Source of the DNA: Nemertoderma westbladi
Lineage: Eukaryota; Animalia; Xenacoelomorpha
Direction: 5' to 3'
Assembly: GCA_032718475.1 (NCBI GenBank)
Contig: JAUCBJ010009114.1
Span: forward strand, 54,352 to 118,351
DNA: 64,000 bases
Shown here: positions 15,001-30,000 of the stretch, one piece after another
How the letters are laid out: every line of letters begins with the position of its first letter
Position numbering within the stretch: the first letter of the stretch is position 1
The notes under the pieces: generated by a model
Database searches by the model: none
Seen by the model: only the letters and a program-made list of their open reading frames with translations
Told to the model about the DNA's origin: nothing
Position numbers and translations under genes: made by a program

Positions 15001-18000
15001 AAGAGGGGATACAATTCATACAAGAGGGGATACAATTCATACAAGAGGGGATACAACTGATACAAGAGAGGATACAATTCATACAAGAGGGGTTACAACT
15101 GATACAAGAGAGGATACAATTCATACAAGAGGGGATACAATTCATACAAGAGGGGTTACAACTGATACAAGAGAGGATACAATTCATACAAGAGAGGATA
15201 CAATTCATACAAGAGGGGATACAATTCATACAAGAGGGGTTACAACTGATACAAGAGAGGATACAATTCATACAAGAGGGGATACAACTGATACAAGAGG
15301 GGATACAATTCATACAAGAGGGGATACAACTGATACAAGAGAGGATACAATTCATACAGGAGTGGATACAATTCATACAAGAGAGGATACAATTCATACA
15401 AGAGGGGTTACAACTGATACAAGAGGGGATACAATTCATACAAGAGGGGTTACAACTGATACAAGAGAGGATACAATTCATACAAGAGGGGTTACAACTG
15501 ATACAAGAGAGGATAAAATTCATACAGGAGTGGATACAATTCATACAAGAGGGGATACAATTCATACAAGAGAGGATACAATTCATACAAGAGGGGATAC
15601 AATTCATACAAGAGGGGATACAATTCATACAGGAGTGGATACAATTCATACAAGAGGGGATACAATTCATACAAGAGAGGATACAATTCATACAAAAGAG
15701 GATACAATTCATACAAGAGAGGATACAATTCATACAAGAGGGGTTACAACTGATACAAGAGAGGATACAATTCATACAAGAGGGGTTACAACTGATACAA
15801 GAGAGGATACAATTCATACAAGAGTGGATACAACTGATACAAGAGAGGATACAATTCATACAAGATGGGATACAATTCATACAGGAGAGGATACAATTCA
15901 TACAAGAGAGGATACAATTCATACAAGAGGGGATACAACTGATACAAGAGGGGATACAATTCATACAAGAGGGGATACAACTGATACAAGAGAGGATACA
16001 ATTCATACAAGAGGGGATACAATTCATACAAGAGGGGATACAATTCATACAAGAGGGGATACAATTCATACAAGAGAGGATACAATTCATACAAGAGGGG
16101 ATACAATTCATACAAGAGGGGATACAATTCATACAAGATGGGATACAATTCATACAAGAGAGGATACAATTCATACAAGAGGGGATACAATTCATACAAG
16201 AGGGGATACAATTCATACAAGAGGGGTTACAACTGATACAAGAGAGGATACAATTCATACAAGAGGGGATACAATTCATACAAGAGGGGATACAATTCAT
16301 ACAAGAGGGGTTACAACTGATACAAGAGAGGATACAATTCATACACGAGAGGATACAATTCATACAAGAGGGGATACAATTCATACAAGAGGGGTTACAA
16401 CTGATACAAGAGAGGATACAATTCATACAGGAGTGGATACAATTCATACAAGAGAGGATACAATTCATACAAGAGGGGATACAATTCATACAAGAGGGGA
16501 TACAATTCATACAAGAGGGGTTACAACTGATACAAGAGAGGATACAATTCATACAAGAGAGGATACAATTCATACAAGAGTGGATACAATTCATACAAGA
16601 GAGGATACAATTCATACAAGAGGGGATACAACTGATACAAGAGAGGATACAATTCATACAAGAGAGGATACAATTCATACAAGAGGGGATACAACTGATA
16701 CAAGAGAGGATACAATTCATACACGAGAGGATACAATTCATACAAGAGGGGATACAATTCATACAAGAGGGGTTACAACTGATACAAGAGAGGATACAAT
16801 TCATACAGGAGTGGATACAATTCATACAAGAGAGGATACAATTCATACAAGAGGGGATACAATTCATACAAGAGGGGATACAATTCATACAAGAGGGGTT
16901 ACAACTGATACAAGAGAGGATACAATTCATACAAGAGAGGATACAATTCATACAAGAGTGGATACAATTCATACAAGAGAGGATACAATTCATACAAGAG
17001 GGGATACAACTGATACAAGAGAGGATACAATTCATACAAGAGAGGATACAATTCATACAAGAGTGGATACAACTGATACAAGAGAGGATACAATTCATAC
17101 AAGAGAGGATACAATTCATACAAGAGGGGATACAATTCATACAAGAGGCGGATACAATTCATACAAGAGAGGATACAATTCATACAAGAGAGGATACAAT
17201 TCATACAAGAGGGGTTACAACTGATACAAGAGAGGATACAATTCATACACGAGAGGATACAATTCATACAAGAGGGGATACAATTCATACAAGAGGGGTT
17301 ACAACTGATACAAGAGAGGATACAATTCATACAGGAGTGGATACAATTCATACAAGAGAGGATACAATTCATACAAGAGGGGATACAATTCATACAAGAG
17401 AGGATACAATTCATACAAGAGGGGATACAATTCATACAAGAGGCGGATACAATTCATACAAGAGAGGATACAATTCATACAAGAGAGGATACAATTCATA
17501 CAAGAGGGGTTACAACTGATACAAGAGAGGATACAATTCATACACGAGAGGATACAATTCATACAAGAGGGGATACAATTCATACAAGAGGGGTTACAAC
17601 TGATACAAGAGAGGATACAATTCATACAGGAGTGGATACAATTCATACAAGAGAGGATACAATTCATACAAGAGGGGTTACAACTGATACAAGAGAGGAT
17701 ACAATTCATACACGAGAGGATACAATTCATACAAGAGGGGATACAATTCATACAAGAGGGGTTACAACTGATACAAGAGAGGATACAATTCATACAGGAG
17801 TGGATACAATTCATACAAGAGAGGATACAATTCATACAAGAGGGGATACAATTCATACAAGAGAGGATACAATTCATACAAGAGGGGATACAATTCATAC
17901 ACGAGGGGATACAATTCATACAAGAGGGGATACAATTCATACAAGAGAGGATACAATTCATACAAGAGAGGATACAATTCATACAAGAGAGGATACAATT

Positions 18001-21000
18001 CATACAAGAGGGGTTACAACTGATACAAGAGAGGATACAATTCATACACGAGAGGATACAATTCATACAAGAGGGGATACAATTCATACAAGAGGCGGAT
18101 ACAATTCATACAAGAGAGGATACAATTCATACAAGAGGGGATACAATTCATACAAGAGGGGTTACAACTGATACAAGAGAGGATACAATTCATACAGGAG
18201 TGGATACAATTCATACAAGAGAGGATACAATTCATACAAGAGGGGATACAATTCATACAAGAGAGGATACAATTCATACAAGAGGGGATACAATTCATAC
18301 AAGAGGCGGATACAATTCATACAAGAGAGGATACAATTCATACAAGAGAGGATACAATTCATACAAGAGGGGTTACAACTGATACAAGAGAGGATACAAT
18401 TCATACACGAGAGGATACAATTCATACAAGAGGGGATACAATTCATACAAGAGGGGTTACAACTGATACAAGAGAGGATACAATTCATACAGGAGTGGAT
18501 ACAATTCATACAAGAGAGGATACAATTCATACAAGAGGGGATACAATTCATACAAGAGAGGATACAATTCATACAAGAGGGGATACAATTCATACAAGAG
18601 GCGGATACAATTCATACAAGAGAGGATACAATTCATACAAGAGGGGATACAATTCATACAAGAGAGGATACAATTCATACAAGAGAGGATACAATTCATA
18701 CAAGAGGGGATACAATTCATACAGGAGTGGATACAATTCATACAAGAGAGGATACAATTCATACAAGAGGGGATACAATTCATACAAGAGAGGATACAAT
18801 TCATACAAGAGGGGATACAATTCATACAAGAGGCGGATACAATTCATACAAGAGAGGATACAATTCATACAAGAGAGGATACAATTCATACAAGAGGGGT
18901 TACAACTGATACAAGAGAGGATACAATTCATACACGAGAGGATACAATTCATACAAGAGGGGATACAATTCATACAAGAGGGGTTACAACTGATACAAGA
19001 GAGGATACAATTCATACAGGAGTGGATACAATTCATACAAGAGGGGATACAATTCATACAAGAGGGGTTACAACTGATACAAGAGAGGATACAATTCATA
19101 CAAGAGGGGATACAATTCATACAAGAGGCGGATACAATTCATACAAGAGAGGATACAATTCATACAAGAGGGGATACAATTCATACAAGAGAGGATACAA
19201 TTCATACAAGAGGGGATACAATTCATACAAGAGGCGGATACAATTCATACAAGAGAGGATACAATTCATACAAGAGGGGTTACAACTGATACAAGAGAGG
19301 ATACAATTCATACAAGAGGGGTTACAACTGATACAAGAGAGGATACAATTCATACAAGAGGGGATACAATTCATACAAGAGGCGGATACAATTCATACAA
19401 GAGAGGATACAATTCATACAAGAGGGGATACAATTCATACAAGAGAGGATACAATTCATACAAGAGGGGATACAATTCATACAAGAGGCGGATACAATTC
19501 ATACAAGAGAGGATACAATTCATACAAGAGAGGATACAATTCATACAAGAGGGGATACAATTCATACAAGAGAGGATACAATTCATACAAGAGGGGTTAC
19601 AACTGATACAAGAGAGGATACAATTCATACACGAGAGGATACAATTCATACAAGAGGGGATACAATTCATACAAGAGGGGTTACAACTGATACAAGAGAG
19701 GATACAATTCATACACGAGAGGATACAATTCATACAAGAGGGGATACAATTCATACAAGAGAGGATACAATTCATACAAGAGGGGATACAATTCATACAC
19801 GAGAGGATACAATTCATACAAGAGGGGATACAATTCATACAAGATGGGATACAATTCATACAAGAGAGGATACAATTCATACAAGAGAGGATACAATTCA
19901 TACAAGAGGGGATACAATTCATACAAGAGGGGATACAATTCATACAAGAGGGGTTACAATTCATACAAGAGGGGATACAATTCATACAAGAGGGGTTACA
20001 ACTGATACAAGAGAGGATACAATTCATACACGAGAGGATACAATTCATACAAGAGGGGATACAATTCATACAAGAGGCGGATACAATTCATACAAGAGGG
20101 GTTACAATTCATACAAGAGGGGTTACAATTCATACAAGAGGGGATACAATTCATACAAGAGGGGTTACAACTGATACAAGAGAGGATACAATTCATACAC
20201 GAGAGGATACAATTCATACAAGAGAGGATACAATTCATACAAGAGAGGATACAATTCATACAAGAGAGGATACAATTCATACAAGAGGGGTTACAATTCA
20301 TACAAGAGGGGATACAATTCATACAAGAGGGGATACAATTCATACAAGAGGGGATACAATTCATACAAGATGGGGATACAATTCATACAAGAGGGGTTAC
20401 AACTGATACAAGAGAGGATACAATTCATACAGGAGTGGATACAATTCATACAAGAGGGGTTACAATTCATACAAGAGGGGATACAATTCATACAAGAGAG
20501 GATACAATTCATACAAGAGGGGATACAATTCATACAAGAGGGGATACAATTCATACAAGATGGGGATACAATTCATACAAGAGGGGTTACAACTGATACA
20601 AGAGAGGATACAATTCATACAGGAGTGGATACAATTCATACAAGAGAGGATACAATTCATACAAGAGAGGATACAATTCATACAAGAGGGGTTACAACTG
20701 ATACAAGAGAGGATACAATTCATACACGAGAGGATACAATTCATACAAGAGGGGTTACAATTCATACAAGAGGGGATACAATTCATACAAGAGAGGATAC
20801 AATTCATACAAGAGAGGATACAATTCATACAAGAGAGGATACAATTCATACAAGAGGGGTTACAACTGATACAAGAGAGGATACAATTCATACACGAGAG
20901 GATACAATTCATACAAGAGGGGTTACAATTCATACAAGAGGGGATACAATTCATACAAGAGAGGATACAATTCATACAAGAGGGGATACAATTCATACAA

Positions 21001-24000
21001 GAGGGGATACAATTCATACAAGATGGGGATACAATTCATACAAGAGGGGTTACAACTGATACAAGAGTGGATACAATTCATACAAGAGGGGTTACAACTG
21101 ATACAAGAGTGGATACAATTCATACAAGAGGGGTTACAACTGATACAAGAGGCGGATACAATTCATACAAGAGAGGATACAATTCATACAAGAGGGGATA
21201 CAATTCATACAAGAGGGGATACAATTCATACAAGAGGGGATACAATTCATACAAGAGGGGTTACAACTGATACAAGAGAGGATACAATTCATACAAGAGG
21301 GGTTACAACTGATACAAGAGGGGATACAATTCATACAAGAGGGGTTACAACTGATACAAGAGAGGATACAATTCATACAAGAGGGGATACAATTCATACA
21401 AGAGGGGTTACAATTCATACAAGAGGGGATACAATTCATACAAGAGAGGATACAATTCATACAAGAGGGGATACAATTCATACAAGAGGGGATACAATTC
21501 ATACAAGATGGGGATACAATTCATACAAGAGGGGTTACAACTGATACAAGAGTGGATACAATTCATACAAGAGGGGTTACAACTGATACAAGAGAGGATA
21601 CAATTCATACAAGAGGGGTTACAACTGATACAAGAGAGGATACAATTCATACACGAGAGGATACAATTCATACAAGAGGGGTTACAATTCATACAAGAGG
21701 GGATACAATTCATACAAGAGAGGATACAATTCATACAAGAGGGGATACAATTCATACAAGAGGGGATACAATTCATACAAGATGGGGATACAATTCATAC
21801 AAGAGGGGTTACAACTGATACAAGAGTGGATACAATTCATACAAGAGGGGTTACAACTGATACAAGAGTGGATACAATTCATACAAGAGGGGTTACAACT
21901 GATACAAGAGGCGGATACAATTCATACAAGAGAGGATACAATTCATACAAGAGAGGATACAATTCATACAAGAGGGGTTACAACTGATACAAGAGAGGAT
22001 ACAATTCATACACGAGAGGATACAATTCATACAAGAGGGGTTACAATTCATACAAGAGGGGATACAATTCATACAAGAGAGGATACAATTCATACAAGAG
22101 GGGATACAATTCATACAAGAGGGGATACAATTCATACAAGATGGGGATACAATTCATACAAGAGGGGTTACAACTGATACAAGAGTGGATACAATTCATA
22201 CAAGAGGCGGATACAATTCATACAAGAGAGGATACAATTCATACAAGAGGGGATACAATTCATACAAGAGGGGTTACAACTGATACAAGAGAGGATACAA
22301 TTCATACAGGAGTGGATACAATTCATACAAGAGGGGTTACAACTGATACAAGAGAGGATACAATTCATACACGAGAGGATACAATTCATACAAGAGGGGA
22401 TACAATTCATACAAGAGGCGGATACAATTCATACAAGAGAGGATACAATTCATACAAGAGAGGATACAATTCATACAAGAGGGGTTACAACTGATACAAG
22501 AGAGGATACAATTCATACACGAGAGGATACAATTCATACAAGAGGGGATACAATTCATACAAGAGGCGGATACAATTCATACAAGAGAGGATACAATTCA
22601 TACAAGAGAGGATACAATTCATACAAGAGGGGTTACAACTGATACAAGAGAGGATACAATTCATACACGAGAGGATACAATTCATACAAGAGGGGATACA
22701 ATTCATACAAGAGGCGGATACAATTCATACAAGAGAGGATACAATTCATACAAGAGGGGATACAATTCATACAAGAGGGGTTACAACTGATACAAGAGAG
22801 GATACAATTCATACAGGAGTGGATACAATTCATACAAGAGAGGATACAATTCATACAAGAGGGGATACAATTCATACAAGAGAGGATACAATTCATACAA
22901 GAGGGGATACAATTCATACAAGAGGCGGATACAATTCATACAAGAGAGGATACAATTCATACAAGAGAGGATACAATTCATACAAGAGGGGTTACAACTG
23001 ATACAAGAGAGGATACAATTCATACACGAGAGGATACAATTCATACAAGAGGGGATACAATTCATACAAGAGGGGTTACAACTGATACAAGAGAGGATAC
23101 AATTCATACAGGAGTGGATACAATTCATACAAGAGAGGATACAATTCATACAAGAGGGGATACAATTCATACAAGAGAGGATACAATTCATACAAGAGGG
23201 GATACAATTCATACAAGAGGCGGATACAATTCATACAAGAGAGGATACAATTCATACAAGAGAGGATACAATTCATACAAGAGGGGATACAATTCATACA
23301 AGAGAGGATACAATTCATACAAGAGGGGTTACAACTGATACAAGAGAGGATACAATTCATACACGAGAGGATACAATTCATACAAGAGGGGATACAATTC
23401 ATACAAGAGGGGTTACAACTGATACAAGAGAGGATACAATTCATACACGAGAGGATACAATTCATACAAGAGGGGATACAATTCATACAAGAGGGGTTAC
23501 AACTGATACAAGAGAGGATACAATTCATACAGGAGTGGATACAATTCATACAAGAGAGGATACAATTCATACAAGAGGGGATACAATTCATACAAGAGAG
23601 GATACAATTCATACAAGAGGGGATACAATTCATACAAGAGGCGGATACAATTCATACAAGAGAGGATACAATTCATACAAGAGAGGATACAATTCATACA
23701 GGAGAGGATACAATTCATACAAGAGAGGATACAATTCATACAAGAGAGGATACAATTCATACAAGAGAGGATACAATTCATACAAGAGAGGATACAATTC
23801 ATACAGGAGAGGATACAATTCATACAAGAGAGGATACAATTCATACAAGAGGGGATACAACTGATACAAGAGAGGATACAATTCATACACGAGAGGATAC
23901 AATTCATACAAGAGGGGTTACAACTGATACAAGAGAGGATACAATTCATACAAGAGGGGTTACAACTGATACAAGAGAGGATACAATTCATACAAGAGGG

Positions 24001-27000
24001 GTTACAATTCATACAAGAGGGGATACAATTCATACAAGAGGGGTTACAACTGATACAAGAGAGGATACAATTCATACAGGAGTGGATACAATTCATACAA
24101 GAGAGGATACAATTCATACAAGAGGGGATACAATTCATACAAGAGAGGATACAATTCATACAAGAGGGGATACAATTCATACAAGAGGCGGATACAATTC
24201 ATACAAGAGAGGATACAATTCATACAAGAGAGGATACAATTCATACAGGAGAGGATACAATTCATACAAGAGAGGATACAATTCATACAAGAGAGGATAC
24301 AATTCATACAAGAGAGGATACAATTCATACAAGAGAGGATACAATTCATACAGGAGAGGATACAATTCATACAAGAGAGGATACAATTCATACAAGAGGG
24401 GATACAACTGATACAAGAGAGGATACAATTCATACACGAGAGGATACAATTCATACAAGAGGGGTTACAACTGATACAAGAGAGGATACAATTCATACAA
24501 GAGGGGTTACAACTGATACAAGAGAGGATACAATTCATACAAGAGGGGTTACAACTGATACAAGAGAGGATACAATTCATACAAGAGGGGATACAACTGA
24601 TACAAGAGAGGATACAATTCATACAAGAGGGGATACAACTGATACAAGAGAGGATACAATTCATACAAGAGAGGATACAATTCATACAAGAGGGGATACA
24701 ATTCATACAAGAGGGGATACAATTCATACAAGAGAGGATACAATTCATACAAGAGGGGATACAACTGATACAAGAGTGGATACAATTCATACAAGAGGGG
24801 ATACAATTCATACAGGAGAGGATACAATTCATACAAGAGTGGATACAATTCATACAAGAGTGGATACAATTCATACAAGAGGGGATACAACTGATACAAG
24901 AGAGGATACAATTCATACAGGAGGGGATACAATTCATACAAGAGGGGATACAATTCATACAAGAGTGGATACAATTCATACAAGAGGGGATACAATTCAT
25001 ACAAGAGGGGATACAACTGATACAAGAGTGGATACAATTCATACAAGAGGAGATACAATTCATACAAGAGGGGATACAATTCATACAAGAGGGGATACAA
25101 CTGATACAAGAGAGGATACAATTCATACAAGAGGGGATACAACTGATACAAGAGAGGATACAATTCATACAAGAGAGGATACAATTCATACAAGAGGGGA
25201 TACAATTCATACAAGAGGGGATACAATTCATACAAGAGAGGATACAATTCATACAAGAGGGGATACAACTGATACAAGAGTGGATACAATTCATACAAGA
25301 GGGGATACAATTCATACAGGAGAGGATACAATTCATACAAGAGTGGATACAATTCATACAAGAGAGGATACAATTCATACAAGAGGGGATACAATTCATA
25401 CAAGAGGGGATACAATTCATACAAGAGGCGGATACAATTCATACAAGAGGGGATACAATTCATACAAGAGGGGATACAATTCATACAAGAGGGGATACAA
25501 TTCATACAAGAGAGGATACAATTCATACAAGAGGGGATACAACTGATACAAGAGAGGATACAATTCATACAGGAGGGGATACAATTCATACAAGAGGGGA
25601 TACAATTCATACAAGAGTGGATACAATTCATACAAGAGGGGATACAATTCATACAAGAGGGGATACAATTCATACAAGAGGGGATACAATTCATACAAGA
25701 GTGGATACAATTCATACAAGAGGGGATACAATTCATACAAGAGGGGATACAACTGATACAAGAGTGGATACAATTCATACAAGAGGAGATACAATTCATA
25801 CAAGAGAGGATACAATTCATACAAGAGTGGATACAACTGATACAAGAGAGGATACAATTCATACAAGAGAGGATACAACTGATACAAGAGAGGATACAAT
25901 TCATACAAGAGTGGATACAACTGATACAAGAGAGGATACAATTCATACAAGAGGGGTTACAACTGATACAAGAGAGGATACAATTCATACAAGAGGGGAT
26001 ACAATTCATACAAGAGAGGATACAATTCATACAAGAGAGGATACAATTCATACAAGAGGGGATACAATTCATACAAGAGTGGATACAATTCATACAAGAG
26101 GGGATACAATTCATACAAGAGGGGATACAATTCATACAAGAGAGGATACAATTCATACAAGAGTGGATACAATTCATACAAGAGAGGATACAATTCATAC
26201 AGGAGAGGATACAACTGATACAAGAGAGGATACAATTCATACAAGAGGGGATACAATTCATACAAGAGAGGATACAATTCATACAAGAGAGGATACAATT
26301 CATACAAGAGGGGATACAATTCATACAAGAGGGGATACAATTCATACAAGAGAGGATACAATTCATACAAGAGTGGATACAACTGATACAAGAGAGGATA
26401 CAATTCATACAAGAGAGGATACAACTGATACAAGAGAGGATACAATTCATACAAGAGTGGATACAACTGATACAAGAGAGGATACAATTCATACAAGAGG
26501 GGTTACAACTGATACAAGAGAGGATACAACTGATACAAGAGAGGATACAATTCATACAAGAGGGGATACAATTCATACAAGAGAGGATACAATTCATACA
26601 AGAGTGGATACAACTGATACAAGAGAGGATACAATTCATACAAGAGAGGATACAACTGATACAAGAGAGGATACAATTCATACAAGAGTGGATACAACTG
26701 ATACAAGAGAGGATACAATTCATACAAGAGGGGTTACAACTGATACAAGAGAGGATACAATTCATACAAGAGGGGATACAATTCATACAAGAGAGGATAC
26801 AATTCATACAAGAGTGGATACAACTGATACAAGAGAGGATACAATTCATACAAGAGAGGATACAACTGATACAAGAGAGGATACAATTCATACAAGAGTG
26901 GATACAACTGATACAAGAGAGGATACAATTCATACAAGAGGGGTTACAACTGATACAAGAGAGGATACAACTGATACAAGAGAGGATACAATTCATACAA

Positions 27001-30000
27001 GAGTGGATACAACTGATACAAGAGAGGATACAATTCATACAAGAGGGGTTACAACTGATACAAGAGAGGATACAATTCATACAAGAGGGGTTACAACTGA
27101 TACAAGAGAGGATACAACTGATACAAGAGAGGATACAATTCATACAAGAGGGGATACAACTGATACAAGAGAGGATACAATTCATACAAGAGGGGATACA
27201 ACTGATACAAGAGAGGATACAATTCATACAAGAGAGGATACAATTCATACAAGAGAGGATACAATTCATACAAGAGAGGATACAATTCATACAAGAGGGG
27301 ATACAATTCATACAAGAGGGGATACAACTGATACAAGAGAGGATACAATTCATACAAGAGGGGATACAATTCATACAAGAGAGGATACAATTCATACAAG
27401 AGAGGATACAATTCATACAAGAGGGGATACAATTCATACAAGAGTGGATACAACTGATACAAGAGAGGATACAATTCATACAAGAGGGGATACAACTGAT
27501 ACAAGAGAGGATACAATTCATACACGAGGGGATACAATTCATACAAGAGGGGATACAATTCATACAAGAGGGGATACAATTCATACAAGATGGGATACAA
27601 TTCATACAAGAGTGGATACAATTCATACAAGAGGGGATACAACTGATACAAGAGAGGATACAATTCATACAAGAGAGGATACAATTCATACAAGAGGGGA
27701 TACAATTCATACAAGAGTGGATACAATTCATACAAGAGGGGATACAACTGATACAAGAGAGGATACAATTCATACAAGAGAGGATACAATTCATACAAGA
27801 GGGGATACAACTGATACAAGAGAGGATACAATTCATACAAGAGAGGATACAATTCATACAAGAGGGGTTACAATTCATACAAGAGAGGATACAATTCATA
27901 CAAGAGTGGATACAACTGATACAAGAGAGGATACAATTCATACAAGAGTGGATACAACTGATACAAGAGAGGATACAATTCATACAAGAGAGGATACAAC
28001 TGATACAAGAGAGGATACAATTCATACAAGAGTGGATACAACTGATACAAGAGGGGATACAATTCATACAAGAGGGGATACAATTCATACAAGAGGGGAT
28101 ACAATTCATACAAGAGAGGATACAATTCATACAAGAGTGGATACAACTGATACAAGAGAGGATACAATTCATACAAGAGAGGATACAACTGATACAAGAG
28201 AGGATACAATTCATACAAGAGTGGATACAACTGATACAAGAGGGGATACAATTCATACAAGAGGGGATACAATTCATACAAGAGGGGATACAATTCATAC
28301 AAGAGGGGTTACAACTGATACAAGAGAGGATACAATTCATACAAGAGGGGTTACAACTGATACAAGAGAGGATACAATTCATACAAGAGGGGTTACAACT
28401 GATACAAGAGAGGATACAATTCATACAAGAGAGGATACAATTCATACAAGAGGGGTTACAACTGATACAAGAGAGGATACAATTCATACAAGAGAGGATA
28501 CAATTCATACAAGAGGGGTTACAACTGATACAAGAGAGGATACAATTCATACAAGAGGGGTTACAACTGATACAAGAGGGGATACAATTCATACAAGAGA
28601 GGATGCAATTCATACAAGAGGGGATACAACTGATACAAGAGAGGATACAATTCATACAAGAGAGGATACAATTCATACAAGAGGGGATACAATTCATACA
28701 AGAGTGGATACAATTCATACAAGAGGGGATACAACTGATACAAGAGAGGATACAATTCATACAAGAGGGGTTACAACTGATACAAGAGAGGATACAATTC
28801 ATACAAGAGGGGATACAATTCATACAAGAGTGGATACAACTGATACAAGAGGGGATACAACTGATACAAGAGAGGATACAATTCATACAAGAGGGGATAC
28901 AACTGATACAAGAGAGGATACAATTCATACAAGAGAGGATACAATTCATACAAGAGGGGATACAATTCATACAAGAGTGGATACAATTCATACAAGAGGG
29001 GATACAACTGATACAAGAGAGGATACAATTCATACAAGAGAGGATACAATTCATACAAGAGGGGATACAATTCATACAAGAGGGGATACAATTCATACAA
29101 GAGAGGATACAATTCATACAAGAGTGGATACAACTGATACAAGAGAGGATACAATTCATACAAGAGAGGATACAACTGATACAAGAGAGGATACAATTCA
29201 TACAAGAGTGGATACAACTGATACAAGAGGGGATACAATTCATACAAGAGGGGATACAATTCATACAAGAGGGGATACAATTCATACAAGAGGGGTTACA
29301 ACTGATACAAGAGAGGATACAATTCATACAAGAGGGGTTACAACTGATACAAGAGAGGATACAATTCATACAAGAGGGGTTACAACTGATACAAGAGAGG
29401 ATACAATTCATACAAGAGGGGTTACAACTGATACAAGAGAGGATACAATTCATACAAGAGTGGATACAACTGATACAAGAGAGGATACAATTCATACAGG
29501 AGTGGATACAATTCATACAAGAGAGGATACAATTCATACAAGAGGGGTTACAACTGATACAAGAGAGGATACAATTCATACAAGAGAGGATACAACTGAT
29601 ACAAGAGAGGATACAATTCATACAAGAGTGGATACAACTGATACAAGAGGGGATACAATTCATACAAGAGGGGATACAATTCATACAAGAGGGGATACAA
29701 TTCATACAAGAGGGTATACAATTCATACAAGAGGGGATACAATTCATACAAGAGAGGATACAATTCATACAAGAGGCGGATACAATTCATACAAGAGAGG
29801 ATACAATTCATACAAGAGGCGGATACAATTCATACAAGAGGGGATACAATTCATACAAGAGGGGATACAATTCATACAAGAGGGGATACAATTCATACAA
29901 GAGAGGATACAATTCATACAAGAGGCGGATACAATTCATACAAGAGAGGATACAATTCATACAAGAGGGGATACAATTCATACAAGAGAGGATACAATTC

